The notes: generated by a model from the letters alone, not told the origin. A stretch of 64,000 nucleotides of DNA from an uncultured Chitinophagaceae bacterium (GCA_964624205.1 CAZUWX010000008.1:10086-74085); one strand, 5' to 3'. Shown: positions 9,500 to 19,016, counted from the stretch's first letter. A program made the numbers and translations.

Positions 9500-10579
9500 A
9501 TGTTTACACGTTTTTTTTTAGTGGCAGTTTTTTCGTTTGCGGGGTACACCGTAGTGGCGCAGGACCTGACAGGCATATGGCGGGGACATTTTAAATCGGC
9601 CAATGCCAGCCGCTTCATGGATTCCCTGGGCATTGAGGATCGTTATAAGTTCGAGGTGCAGGTAGACCAGGAGGGGAAAAAATTTCAGGGGGTGACCTAC
9701 TCCTATAAAACCACGGTGTTTTACGGGAAAGCCTCCTGCATCGGTGCCATCAACACCGCAAATGGGAAAGTGCTGCTGGAAGAAACCAGGATCCTTGAAG
9801 TGCAGACTACCGGCGGAGCCTGCGTGATGACCTGTTTTCTGCAGTACTCAAAAGCGGGTAAGGAAGAGTTTTTACAGGGCAATTATACTGGTATCAGCAT
9901 CAGCGATTCCTCAGCCTGCGGAAAAGGCACCGTTTTCTTAAGAAAAGTAAGCCGGTCGGATTTCTATGAGGAGCCCTTCCTCACAGAAAAAAAGAAGGTA
10001 GCGCCACCACCCCAGCCCGAAACGGCAGCACCCACACCGGAAAAATCAACCCCGGCTCCCCGGAAAAAAGAGCCTGCCCCGGCGCCTCCCGAGCCCAGGC
10101 TTCCGCCCGTGGCCATAGTTCCCGATGTGCAACCGTCGGACCAACCTCCGCCCGATTCCCCTACCAGGGTACTGGGTAAAGCTCCTCCTGTAGCCACTAT
10201 TCCCGAGCCACTGTCAAAACGGGAGAACGAGCTCGTAAAAACCATCACTACCCCTTCCCGTGAGATTCATATCCGCCTGTACGACAACGGCGCCATCGAT
10301 AACGACACCGTTTCCGTGTACCTGGATAAAAAGCTGATCATTTCAAAACAACGCCTTACCGACAAACCCATTTCATTTAAATTCAACCTCGACGAAAAGG
10401 TTGGTACGCATGAATTGGTGATGGTGGCAGAGAACCTGGGTGAGATCCCCCCCAATACCTCGTTGATGATCGTGAACACCGGAAGCCGGCAGTATGAGGT
10501 ACATATCACTTCCACAGAACAAAAGAACGCATTGGTACAGTTCGTGTACCTGCCCCCGGAAAAGGAAGAAACTCCCTAA
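9500..10579 (+). CDS. secreted hypothetical protein with a proline-rich linker
   Basis: Track ORF 9434..10579. The likely start is the ATG at 9500 (MFTRFFLVAVFSFAGYTVVAQ signal). It has an N-terminal Cys-containing domain and a linker of about 70 aa rich in P/A/E. The C-terminal domain is YDNGAIDNDTVSVYLDKKLII.... I do not recognise a family. Confidence 0.6.
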   Translation: MFTRFFLVAVFSFAGYTVVAQDLTGIWRGHFKSANASRFMDSLGIEDRYKFEVQVDQEGKKFQGVTYSYKTTVFYGKASCIGAINTANGKVLLEETRILEVQTTGGACVMTCFLQYSKAGKEEFLQGNYTGISISDSSACGKGTVFLRKVSRSDFYEEPFLTEKKKVAPPPQPETAAPTPEKSTPAPRKKEPAPAPPEPRLPPVAIVPDVQPSDQPPPDSPTRVLGKAPPVATIPEPLSKRENELVKTITTPSREIHIRLYDNGAIDNDTVSVYLDKKLIISKQRLTDKPISFKFNLDEKVGTHELVMVAENLGEIPPNTSLMIVNTGSRQYEVHITSTEQKNALVQFVYLPPEKEETP

Positions 10580-10672
10580 AAGACGAACGTGGTTCGTGTA
10601 CCGGTACCCGGAAGAGGAAGAACCCCTGGAAAGAGAGCGCGGTTCTGGTATCAGCCAGTAGCAAAAGAAAAA
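10521..10672. repeat. degenerate tandem duplication (~50-52 bp period) of the gene 3' end into the downstream spacer
   Basis: The core gttcgtgtacc occurs at 10540 and 10592, with a third diverged copy gttctggtatc at 10642. It is followed by ccggaa(a/g)aggaagaa in copies 1 and 2. Copy 1 encodes the C-terminus (NALVQFVYLPPEKEETP*). Copy 2, read in another frame, gives WFVYRYPEEEEPL. Confidence 0.55.
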
Positions 10673-10699
10673 ATGTTTTTCCCCGAAGGGTATGTGCGG

Positions 10700-13054
10700 T
10701 CACTGAAATTTAAAGTTCCAGGTTACCGCAGGGATAACGGGAAATAAGGATACTTTCCGCGCTTCCATTTTCAGAGAACCATCGTAAGGGCTACCCTGCT
10801 GGTCTACATAAATAAAATAGGGATTGAGCCGGTTGTAACTGTTATACAGGCTGAATACCCAACTCTGCTTCAGTTTTTTACCGGGCTGCGGTTCCGGAGT
10901 GAGGGTGGCGGAAAGATCCATCCGGTGATAAGCAGGAAGCCGGTACTGGTTAAGCCGGCTGTATTCCTGAGTGGGCACGCCATCCATGAGATACAGCCGT
11001 TCAGGCAAAGTGACCGCGTTGCCGGAGCCGTAAATAAAAACAGCAGAAAACTTCCAGCGTTTGTTCAGCTCGTAGTTAGCCACCGCTGAAATATCATGCC
11101 GCCGGTCGTATTTTGCATAATATTTTTCACCATCATTCAGCTCGTCGAACTTACGCCAGGTCCATGACAGGGTGTATCCGACCCAGCCCGAAAACCTTCC
11201 CCGGGCCTTGTTGAGCATCAGTTCCATGCCATAGCTCCACCCCCGCCCGAATACAAAGGACTCTTCCGGATCACTCAGAGACGGGGTGTATCCGTCGCCA
11301 TACTCGATCTGGTTGCGCATGTCCTTATAGTACAGCTCCACCGAAGCTTCGTATTCATTATTATGGAAATTTTTAAAGATGCCGGCGGCGTATTGCCAAC
11401 TGATCTGCGGCTTCACACGGTAGGTGCTGGGCACCCACAGATCGGTGGGCAGGGTGGATCCCGCGTTGCTGACCAGGTGAATATACTGAAGGTTACGCGT
11501 AATACCCGCCTTGAGCGAAGTGGCATCGCTTAGGCTGTACCGTAAGGTGGCCCGGGGCTCAATGCCACCGTATGTTTTGAAGGAACCACGACCGTATACG
11601 ACGCTGTCGAGCTTATTGCCGTCGTCGTCCCGCTCATACGCCGTGTAGGGCCCCAACTGGCTGAAACGGCTGTATCGGGCACCCCAGTTCAGGTGCACCC
11701 GGTCACTGATCTCCCAGTCGTCCTGCACATAAAGAGCCGACTCAAGCGCCAGCTTTTTTGAGTCGTTGGGTGGGTCAAATTGTGTTTCTCCCTGTTGCCC
11801 GGTGAGGATGTTCGGAACAAAACGGTGCCGCGTAAGCAATCCCCCGAATTTTATCCGGTGCACGGGAGAAGGATAATAGTCCATATCCAACTTCGCATTC
11901 CAGTCCTTGATACCAGAAGCCAGCCGCATGGTGAAATCGTTCTGTTCGGCACCGAAAGAAAAATTATAGTCGTTGTACACCAGCGTGGTGTTGGCAAATA
12001 ATTTCTGGTTGAATACATGGTTCCAGCGCAAGGTAGCGGTGGAATTGCCCCACGGTATATTGGCTTTAAACCCCCGTTGTGTGTTGTTGAAGCCAAACAC
12101 GTCCCTTCCGAAATAACCGCTCAGATAGATCCTGTCTTTACTGGAAAATTTATAATTCACCTTGGTGTTGAGATCATAGAAATAATAGCCTGAGCCATAG
12201 AAGTCGCTATCTTTTGATACGAACGGTTTGGTAAGCAGATCGATATAGGTTCTTCGCGCCGAAACGATAAAGGAGGATTTATCCTTTTTTATCGGCCCCT
12301 GCAGGGATATCCGGGAAGCGATCAGCCCCACACCCCCTTCGGCTTCGAATGATTTCATATTGCCCTCTTTCATGGCCACGTCCAGCACGGAGGAGAGGCG
12401 GCCCCCGTATTGGGCCGGCATGCTGCCCTTGACCACCGATATATTTTTAATGGCGTCCGAATTGAAAACGGAGAAGAAACCAAAAAGATGGCCCGTATTG
12501 TAGACGATCGCATCGTCGAGCAGAATGAGATTCTGGTCGCTGCCCCCTCCCCGCACGTACAGACCCGTATTGCCCTCACCTGCACTCTGTACACCCGGCA
12601 GCAACTGCAGGGTTTTGAGCACGTCGACCTCGCCCAGCAGCACCGGTACCGATTTTATTCTGGCCACAGAGAGATCCATTTTCCCCATCTGAGCAGCACG
12701 CACATTGTCGTCCTTTCTCCGGGAAGTCACCACTACCTCTTCCAGCATGGACAGCAGGATCAGGTTAAAATGCACTTCCTGGTTGGCGGAAAGGTCGATC
12801 ACCGTATCGATCGGGTGGTAGCCGGTAAAACTGATGGATACTGCGTAGTGCCCCCGGGGTAGTGTGATGGAATAGAATCCGTAGGAATTGGTACTCACAC
12901 CCGTCGCCGGTGCCCCGATGACCACCGAGGCGCCTATCAGGCTTTCCCCTGAAAACGAATCCCGCACGTATCCGCTCAACGTGTGTCTGTTCTGGGAAAA
13001 ACAAACGGCGGTCGCCAGTACTGGAAAGAACAGGCAGATCAGCCGTAACCTCAT
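10700..13054 (-). CDS. TonB-dependent receptor (CarboxypepD_reg-like N-domain, plug, beta-barrel)
   Basis: Track ORF 10700..13093. The preferred start is the ATG at 13054 (MRLRLICLFFPVLATAVCFSQ signal), which overlaps the upstream stop as ATGA. Motifs: LSGYVRDSFSGESLIGASVV, the plug DVLKTLQLLPGVQSAGEGNTGLYVRGGGSDQNLILLDDAIVYN, and a terminal aromatic residue (..WNFKFQ). Confidence 0.9.
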   Translation of the reverse strand: MRLRLICLFFPVLATAVCFSQNRHTLSGYVRDSFSGESLIGASVVIGAPATGVSTNSYGFYSITLPRGHYAVSISFTGYHPIDTVIDLSANQEVHFNLILLSMLEEVVVTSRRKDDNVRAAQMGKMDLSVARIKSVPVLLGEVDVLKTLQLLPGVQSAGEGNTGLYVRGGGSDQNLILLDDAIVYNTGHLFGFFSVFNSDAIKNISVVKGSMPAQYGGRLSSVLDVAMKEGNMKSFEAEGGVGLIASRISLQGPIKKDKSSFIVSARRTYIDLLTKPFVSKDSDFYGSGYYFYDLNTKVNYKFSSKDRIYLSGYFGRDVFGFNNTQRGFKANIPWGNSTATLRWNHVFNQKLFANTTLVYNDYNFSFGAEQNDFTMRLASGIKDWNAKLDMDYYPSPVHRIKFGGLLTRHRFVPNILTGQQGETQFDPPNDSKKLALESALYVQDDWEISDRVHLNWGARYSRFSQLGPYTAYERDDDGNKLDSVVYGRGSFKTYGGIEPRATLRYSLSDATSLKAGITRNLQYIHLVSNAGSTLPTDLWVPSTYRVKPQISWQYAAGIFKNFHNNEYEASVELYYKDMRNQIEYGDGYTPSLSDPEESFVFGRGWSYGMELMLNKARGRFSGWVGYTLSWTWRKFDELNDGEKYYAKYDRRHDISAVANYELNKRWKFSAVFIYGSGNAVTLPERLYLMDGVPTQEYSRLNQYRLPAYHRMDLSATLTPEPQPGKKLKQSWVFSLYNSYNRLNPYFIYVDQQGSPYDGSLKMEARKVSLFPVIPAVTWNFKFQ

Positions 13055-13656
13055 TGTCTGCCGTAATCCAAAGAATCTGCAACTTCCCCGCATTTGAGCA
13101 TTTTATCACCGAAATAAGGATTGTTGATATCGCGTGTATCGCTCATCCAATAGGCACCCTTATTATCGAAGGCCATGGGACAATACTGATAGTACACTTT
13201 CTGACCGCTATACTGAACGGTCCGCGTAAGGCTCCACATGGCATCACTGATGGTTTCAAACTCCCTGCGCTTGCTATCCAGGCCCGACTGCCGCGCCAGC
13301 GCTCCGGCAGAGCCCGCTATCGCAGCCGCAAAGTATTTTGCCGTTTCGCGGATGGTTCCGGAACTGTCGCCGTGTATCTCGTCGGTTCTGAGACTGTCGG
13401 CATACTGCTGCAATGTTGCCGAAGCGGCGTCTGCTGCGGCCGGGTCGCTTCTCACCAAGGCGTCTTTCAATCCAAAGTAAGCATTCAGCAGGCTGGTGAA
13501 CGATTGGTTGAAGCTGCTGGAATTCTCTGCTCTGGAAAGGGGATCTATCTTTTCCAGGGGCACAATAGACTGAGGCTCAGGCTTGTCCCCACAGAATTTG
13601 AAAACCGCGGCCACCACGATCACCACCACGATCACAAATAGTGTACGTCTTTTCAT
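13051..13656 (-). CDS. DUF3347-family protein (membrane-anchored or secreted, Cys/Met motif)
   Basis: 201 aa with N-terminal anchor MKRRTLFVIVVVIVVAAVF. The helical body is FNQSFTSLLNAYFGLKDALV. The C-terminal motif YYQYCPMAFDNKGAYWMSDTRDINNPYFGDKMLKCGE is recalled as the DUF3347 signature. Confidence 0.75.
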   Translation of the reverse strand: MKRRTLFVIVVVIVVAAVFKFCGDKPEPQSIVPLEKIDPLSRAENSSSFNQSFTSLLNAYFGLKDALVRSDPAAADAASATLQQYADSLRTDEIHGDSSGTIRETAKYFAAAIAGSAGALARQSGLDSKRREFETISDAMWSLTRTVQYSGQKVYYQYCPMAFDNKGAYWMSDTRDINNPYFGDKMLKCGEVADSLDYGRQ

Positions 13657-13745
13657 ATCCGGACAGTTTATTCAAAGTTAACATAAAATCTATCCCGTCC
13701 GATTGTCATATTTTTGCGGGGTTTTAATAAAATGAGGAAGTCATC

Positions 13746-15791
13746 ATGCTGATAGGATTGCAGAACGTTACGTTTGAATTTGGGGCACGGGTAATCGTAA
13801 GAAACGCCACCTGGCATCTTAATCCGGGAGAACGGATCGGGTTGATAGGCTACAACGGCACGGGCAAGTCCACGCTGCTGAAGGTGCTGGTGGGGCAATT
13901 CCAGCCGGGTGCCGGCACAGTGGAAAAAAGCCGGGGCACCACCATCGGCTACCTGCACCAGGATCTGCTGAGTTTCGATACGTCCAGTAGTATAACCGAA
14001 GTTGCCATGGAGGCCTTCGAAAAAGTGATGGCCCTGCAGAAAGAACAACACGAGCTGGAAAAAATTCTGGAAACCAAAGAAGACGAGCAATTACTCACCC
14101 GTTACATGGACGTGCTCCAGGAGATCGAGCTACTGGACGGTTTCGACATCCGGTACAAGGCGGAAGAGGTGTTGCACGGGCTGGGATTCAGCGACGAACA
14201 GCTCGACAAACCCTATAAACAATTCAGCGGCGGATGGCGTATGCGCGTGCTGCTGGCCAAAATGATCCTGCAGCAGCCCGATGTGCTCCTGCTCGATGAA
14301 CCTACCAACCACCTCGATCTTCCCTCCATCGAGTGGCTGGAAAAATACCTCACCAATTACAAGGGAAGCGTGGTGATCGTAAGCCACGACAAGTATTTTC
14401 TCGACCGGATGGTGAATAAGGTGGTGGAGCTCTACCAGCAGGAATTGCACATTTATGCCGGCAACTACAGCTATTACGAGCAGGAAAAGGCCATTCGCAT
14501 CGAAATGCAGAAAAGAGCCTATGAGAACCAGCAGGATTATATCCGGCAGCAGGAAAGGTTCATCGAACGCTTCAAAGCCAAAGCCTCCAAAGCTGCGCAG
14601 GCACAGAGCGTCCAGAAGTTGCTCGACAAGGTGGAACGAATTGAGGATACCGAGTTGGAAAGGCCCAATATGCGTATTAATTTTTCGGTGGGCAAGGAGC
14701 CCGGTCGTGTGCTCTGCACCCTGCAACACGTGTCGAAATCGTTTGGTGAACTGCAGATACTGCGGGATGGTTCGGCAGCAATAGAACGGGGAGATAAGAT
14801 CGCACTGATCGGCGCCAACGGAAAGGGCAAGTCGACCCTGCTGCGCATCATCGCTGGCACCGAGCCGTTCAGCGGGGAACGGATCTGGGGGCATAACGTG
14901 GTGGAAAGCTTTTACGCGCAGCACCAGCTCGAAGCGCTGGATCTGAACAACACCCTGATTGATGAGATGAACAGTTCGGGTGCCGGGAAAACCGAACTGG
15001 AATACCGCAGCCTGCTGGGCTCGTTCCTGTTCGGCGGCGACGACGTGGATAAAAAGATAAAGATCCTCAGCGGAGGAGAAAAAGCGCGGGTGGCCCTGGC
15101 CAAGACCATCGTAAGCAAGGCAAATTTCCTGCTCCTCGATGAACCGACCAACCACCTCGACATCCATTCCGTGGAGCTGCTGGTGGAAGCCCTGAACCGG
15201 TATGAGGGCACCCTGATCCTCGTCAGCCACGACCGTTATTTTATCTCCAAAGCGGCTAATAAGATCTGGGAGATCGTCGATGGAGAGATCAAAGAATTCC
15301 GGGGCAACTATAAAGAATGGGTGGAATGGAAGGAGAGAATGGCCGCAAGGGCGGCGCAGCAGGAGAAAAACACACAGCACAAAAACGGGCAGGAGGACAA
15401 AACCGCGCAACATAAAACGATACACGAAAAAACGCCGGGAGAAAAAAAAGAGCGCCACCAAAAAGAAAACACACCCCCTTCCCGACCAGCTCCGGTAGTG
15501 GCAGCCGCGCCTAAGGTGATCAACAAAGAGGTGAAAAAAGAATTGCAGAAACAGCAGCGGCTGTTCCAGCAATACGAGGAGCAGATCGCCCTGTTGAAAA
15601 ACAAAAAAGATTCCCTCGAATCACAGCTCAGCGCCTCGGAAACCTACAGCGACAAGAATAAATATGCCGCAACGGAAGCGGCTTATAACGCTGCCGGCTC
15701 CGAACTGAGCAAGCTGAACAAAGAATACGAGCATGTTTTTGAAAAGATCATGGAGCTGGAAAACCAACTGAATGTGCAACGTACCACATAG
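13746..15791 (+). CDS. ABC-F family ATPase (two ABC cassettes, no TM domain) with a long K/E-rich C-terminal tail
   Basis: Walker A motifs GYNGTGKST and GANGKGKST, signatures FSGGWRMR and LSGGEKAR, and Walker B LLLDEPTNHLD twice. There is an interdomain linker. The C-terminal ~170 aa are low complexity or coiled-coil. Confidence 0.93.
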   Translation: MLIGLQNVTFEFGARVIVRNATWHLNPGERIGLIGYNGTGKSTLLKVLVGQFQPGAGTVEKSRGTTIGYLHQDLLSFDTSSSITEVAMEAFEKVMALQKEQHELEKILETKEDEQLLTRYMDVLQEIELLDGFDIRYKAEEVLHGLGFSDEQLDKPYKQFSGGWRMRVLLAKMILQQPDVLLLDEPTNHLDLPSIEWLEKYLTNYKGSVVIVSHDKYFLDRMVNKVVELYQQELHIYAGNYSYYEQEKAIRIEMQKRAYENQQDYIRQQERFIERFKAKASKAAQAQSVQKLLDKVERIEDTELERPNMRINFSVGKEPGRVLCTLQHVSKSFGELQILRDGSAAIERGDKIALIGANGKGKSTLLRIIAGTEPFSGERIWGHNVVESFYAQHQLEALDLNNTLIDEMNSSGAGKTELEYRSLLGSFLFGGDDVDKKIKILSGGEKARVALAKTIVSKANFLLLDEPTNHLDIHSVELLVEALNRYEGTLILVSHDRYFISKAANKIWEIVDGEIKEFRGNYKEWVEWKERMAARAAQQEKNTQHKNGQEDKTAQHKTIHEKTPGEKKERHQKENTPPSRPAPVVAAAPKVINKEVKKELQKQQRLFQQYEEQIALLKNKKDSLESQLSASETYSDKNKYAATEAAYNAAGSELSKLNKEYEHVFEKIMELENQLNVQRTT

Positions 15792-15870
15792 CCCGGGCTG
15801 TCAGGTGCGCATAAAATGTTACCTACGTCCCGGCGAAGTAGTGCAGCGTACCACAAAGTCGGGGCTGTCA
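15774..15870. repeat. two 30-bp imperfect direct repeats spanning the ABC-F stop and the patatin-gene leader
   Basis: gtgcaacgtaccacatagcccgggctgtca (15774-15803) and gtgcagcgtaccacaaagtcggggctgtca (15841-15870) match at 26 of 30 positions by my count. Confidence 0.6.
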
Positions 15871-15877
15871 AATTGAA

Positions 15878-18157
15878 ATGAAAAGCCATTTATATTATAG
15901 ACCGATTGGCGGGATGGTTCACCGGTGCCTGATTTTATTTGCCGCGATGTCGGCTGCGATCGGGCTGATCGCGCAGAAGCCGCGGGCAGGCAGGCCGACA
16001 GTGGGCGTCACCCTCAGCGGCGGCGGAGCCAAAGGGCTGGCGCATATCGGCATCCTCAAAGCCATTGACTCTGCTGGTTTGAAGGTGGATTATGTCACCG
16101 GCACCAGCATGGGCAGTATCATCGGGGCGCTGTATGCAGTCGGCTATAAGGCCGATGACATCGAAAAGCTGGCCGGAAAAGTGGACTGGGGCGAGATGCT
16201 GACCAACCAGTCGTCACTCCGCGGCATCGTGATGCAGGAAAAAAGCGAGTACGGCAAGTATGCCCTTGAGCTCCCCTGGGAAAACCATGGCTTTCGCCTG
16301 CCCAGCGGCGTTTTTGAAGGAGAGGAGCTCTGGCTGAAATTCACCGAGTTGTTTTATCCTGTCTATAATATCAAAGACTTTGATCGGTTCAGCATTCCAT
16401 TCCGCAGTGTCAGCGCCGACCTTGCCACCGGGGAAGCAGTGGTGTCCGACAGCGGGGAGATCATAACCGCGGTGCGCGCCAGCATGGCCATCCCCTCGGT
16501 GTTCACCGCCATCGAGCACAACGGCCGCAAGCTGATCGACGGCGGCGTGGTAAGAAACTTCCCGGTAAGAGACGTGAAAGAAATGGGCGCCGACATTGTC
16601 ATCGGCAGCCGGGTGGCCGTGGGCCTGCAGCCAAAAGAAAAAGTGAACAACGCCCTCCAGGTACTGATGCAGATCGCCTTCTTTAAAGAAGCAGAATCCA
16701 GCCGGGAGGATATCTCCCTGTGCGATATCTATATCCCCATGCCCCTGGAGGAATACACGGCCGCCAGCTTCAGTCGTGCCGAAGACATCCTTGCCATCGG
16801 CATTCAGGAAGGGAAAAAATTGTATCCCCGGTTCCGCCGGCTGGCCGATTCGCTGGATGCGCTGTACGGGAAGGCTCCCATCCCGCTTAACCGGCTTCCC
16901 AGGGTAGACTCGATCCGAATCTCCGCCATCCAGATCAACGGCCTGGAAAAAACCACTGTGGCCTTTTTCGAACACATGATGGGTTTTGAAAAGGGCAGGT
17001 ATTACACTTCGGCCAAGCTCGGCAGGATGGTGAGAAAACTCTTCGGCACCCGGTATTACAGTCGCATCGTCTACGCCCTGGAACCGCTTGACGACGGCAC
17101 CGTGAAGATCATATTCAGCGTGGTAGAAAATCCCGCCAGCTTTGCCAAACTGGGCATTCACTACAACAATTTCACGGGTATCAGCATCATCACCAACCTC
17201 ACTTCCCGGAACCTTTTCCTACCGCATTCCCGCAGCCTCGTGACACTGAATATAGGCGAGAATTTCCGCGTCCGTGCCGAGCACCTGCAGTACCTGGGCC
17301 GGGGCAAAAATGTGGCCCTGGTGCTGGCGACGCAGTTCGACAATCTTTCTTTCGATACCTATAACGACTTTAAGCGCGACGGCCTGTACGGCATGCAGTT
17401 GTTTAAAGCCGACGGAAAGATGGAATATTCGGCCAACCGGATCTTCACCGTGGGCGCGGGCAGCCGCTTCGAGTGGATCCGCTACAGACCCTCGGTGCAA
17501 TCGGTGTTCGAGATCAGCGGAAAAAATGAACTCCTGACCACCTACGGGTTCTTCGGTATCAACAATCTCAACCGGCACATTTTCCCCGACCGCGGAGTAC
17601 GGGTCGACGGAGAGTTCGGGTGGGTGTACAATCAACGTCCCTCCCTCACCTTTTATTCGCGCGGCGAGCCCATTACCAATCCCGATTCCATCGGTATTTC
17701 CTATAATAATTACCAGCGGGCCATCCTGAATGTTGAAGCCTATGCCCCGCTAACGAGCAAGCTCACCCTCACAACCGCTTTCCAAACTGGTATCAACTTC
17801 AATTACAATCAAAGCATTCTGAATGATTTTGTGATCGGAGGCCTCACCCGCACCTTCCGTAACCAGGTGGTGTTTGCCGGACTGGCGGAAAACTCTGTCA
17901 GCACGCCCAGCGTGGCTGCCGCACAGATCGGGCTGCGCTACGAAATGTTCCGGAATCTATACCTGACGGCCAAAACCAATGGCCTGATCAATAATTTTAT
18001 CAGCACGAACAACCTGCTTCAAAAGCCAAATTTCCTCTCGGGTCATGCCATCGGCTTCGCCTATAATTTTGCGATCGGCCCGCTCGAAATAAACGCCATG
18101 TACTGCGATCAGTCGCGCCGCCTTCGCTCCTACATTAACCTGGGTATCGCGTTCTGA
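15878..18157 (+). CDS. patatin-like phospholipase fused to an Omp85/BamA-type beta-barrel (PlpD-like architecture)
   Basis: GVTLSGGGAKGLAHIGILKAIDSAGLKVDYVTGTSMGSIIGALY (oxyanion GGG and the GTSMG nucleophile elbow) and IDGGVVRNFP (catalytic Asp motif). The C-terminal ~350 aa are beta-strand-rich and end in ..YINLGIAF. An alternative start is the ATG at 15914. Confidence 0.85.
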   Translation: MKSHLYYRPIGGMVHRCLILFAAMSAAIGLIAQKPRAGRPTVGVTLSGGGAKGLAHIGILKAIDSAGLKVDYVTGTSMGSIIGALYAVGYKADDIEKLAGKVDWGEMLTNQSSLRGIVMQEKSEYGKYALELPWENHGFRLPSGVFEGEELWLKFTELFYPVYNIKDFDRFSIPFRSVSADLATGEAVVSDSGEIITAVRASMAIPSVFTAIEHNGRKLIDGGVVRNFPVRDVKEMGADIVIGSRVAVGLQPKEKVNNALQVLMQIAFFKEAESSREDISLCDIYIPMPLEEYTAASFSRAEDILAIGIQEGKKLYPRFRRLADSLDALYGKAPIPLNRLPRVDSIRISAIQINGLEKTTVAFFEHMMGFEKGRYYTSAKLGRMVRKLFGTRYYSRIVYALEPLDDGTVKIIFSVVENPASFAKLGIHYNNFTGISIITNLTSRNLFLPHSRSLVTLNIGENFRVRAEHLQYLGRGKNVALVLATQFDNLSFDTYNDFKRDGLYGMQLFKADGKMEYSANRIFTVGAGSRFEWIRYRPSVQSVFEISGKNELLTTYGFFGINNLNRHIFPDRGVRVDGEFGWVYNQRPSLTFYSRGEPITNPDSIGISYNNYQRAILNVEAYAPLTSKLTLTTAFQTGINFNYNQSILNDFVIGGLTRTFRNQVVFAGLAENSVSTPSVAAAQIGLRYEMFRNLYLTAKTNGLINNFISTNNLLQKPNFLSGHAIGFAYNFAIGPLEINAMYCDQSRRLRSYINLGIAF

Positions 18158-18293
18158 AACGGCGCTGAATGCTAAAGCGAGCGCATCGAGGCAGCCCTGT
18201 TGAGTCTGGGCAGACACGCTGAAACAGCCGGTGGCAGCTACATGTCCGCAGTTCCCGAGCCCGGTGCCGGACAAAAGCAGTCGCAATACGCTG

Positions 18294-19016
18294 TTATTCC
18301 TTCATCTTCCCGCTCTTTTTCAGGTAGCGTACAAAAAAATACATGAGCAACAAAAAAGGCAGTATAAAAGCCAGGAGCGTATTGCGGAGCCCAGTGTCGC
18401 CCCCCGTGAGCTGGGGATACCTGAACAACAGGATCAGTACGATCCCGGTAAGCCATATATATTGGGTGTTGTACTCCTTCAGTACCCATCTTTTCCACTT
18501 GAACTGCATCGAGCGGAACGTGCGGCCAATATTTTTCAGCGAGGGCAGCCACCGGTTCACCCGGTTGCAGTAGGTATTATAAGCCACACCGAATTTTCGT
18601 CCCAGAAAATTTTCTTCGGCCAGCACGATCGTATGGTAGATGAGCAGGAAAAGCGGCATCACCACCACTACATACAATAAAGAATTAGACAATACGCCTA
18701 CTCCAAACAGCATCAATATATTACCTACGTACAACGGATTCCTGCAATGTTTAAATATGCCGGTGGTGACCAGTTCTTCGGCGTACACTTTTCCTGCTTT
18801 TCCGCCCCGTATAATATAGGCCAGCCCGATCGTTGCACCCCGGATCAACTGCCCGGAAACCGTAATAAGCAGGCCTGCGACGATCGGCCACCAGAAGTAA
18901 TCGGGCCCAAACCGTTCTTTTCCGAAGAGGGGCGGTGACGGAATAAAAAGCAGCAGATAGAGAATGATAAAAAGCCAATTCCGGTATCTGAAGAAAAAAT
19001 TGCCGATCGAGATCAT
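18294..19016 (-). CDS. integral-membrane methyltransferase, ICMT/PEMT family
   Basis: 240 aa and polytopic. Motifs LVTTGIFKHCRNPLYVGNILMLFG and VLAEENFLGRKFGVAYNTYCNRVNRWLP match the isoprenylcysteine carboxyl / phospholipid methyltransferase signature. The start ATG overlaps the cmoA stop (ATGA at 19013-19016). Confidence 0.8.
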   Translation of the reverse strand: MISIGNFFFRYRNWLFIILYLLLFIPSPPLFGKERFGPDYFWWPIVAGLLITVSGQLIRGATIGLAYIIRGGKAGKVYAEELVTTGIFKHCRNPLYVGNILMLFGVGVLSNSLLYVVVVMPLFLLIYHTIVLAEENFLGRKFGVAYNTYCNRVNRWLPSLKNIGRTFRSMQFKWKRWVLKEYNTQYIWLTGIVLILLFRYPQLTGGDTGLRNTLLAFILPFLLLMYFFVRYLKKSGKMKE

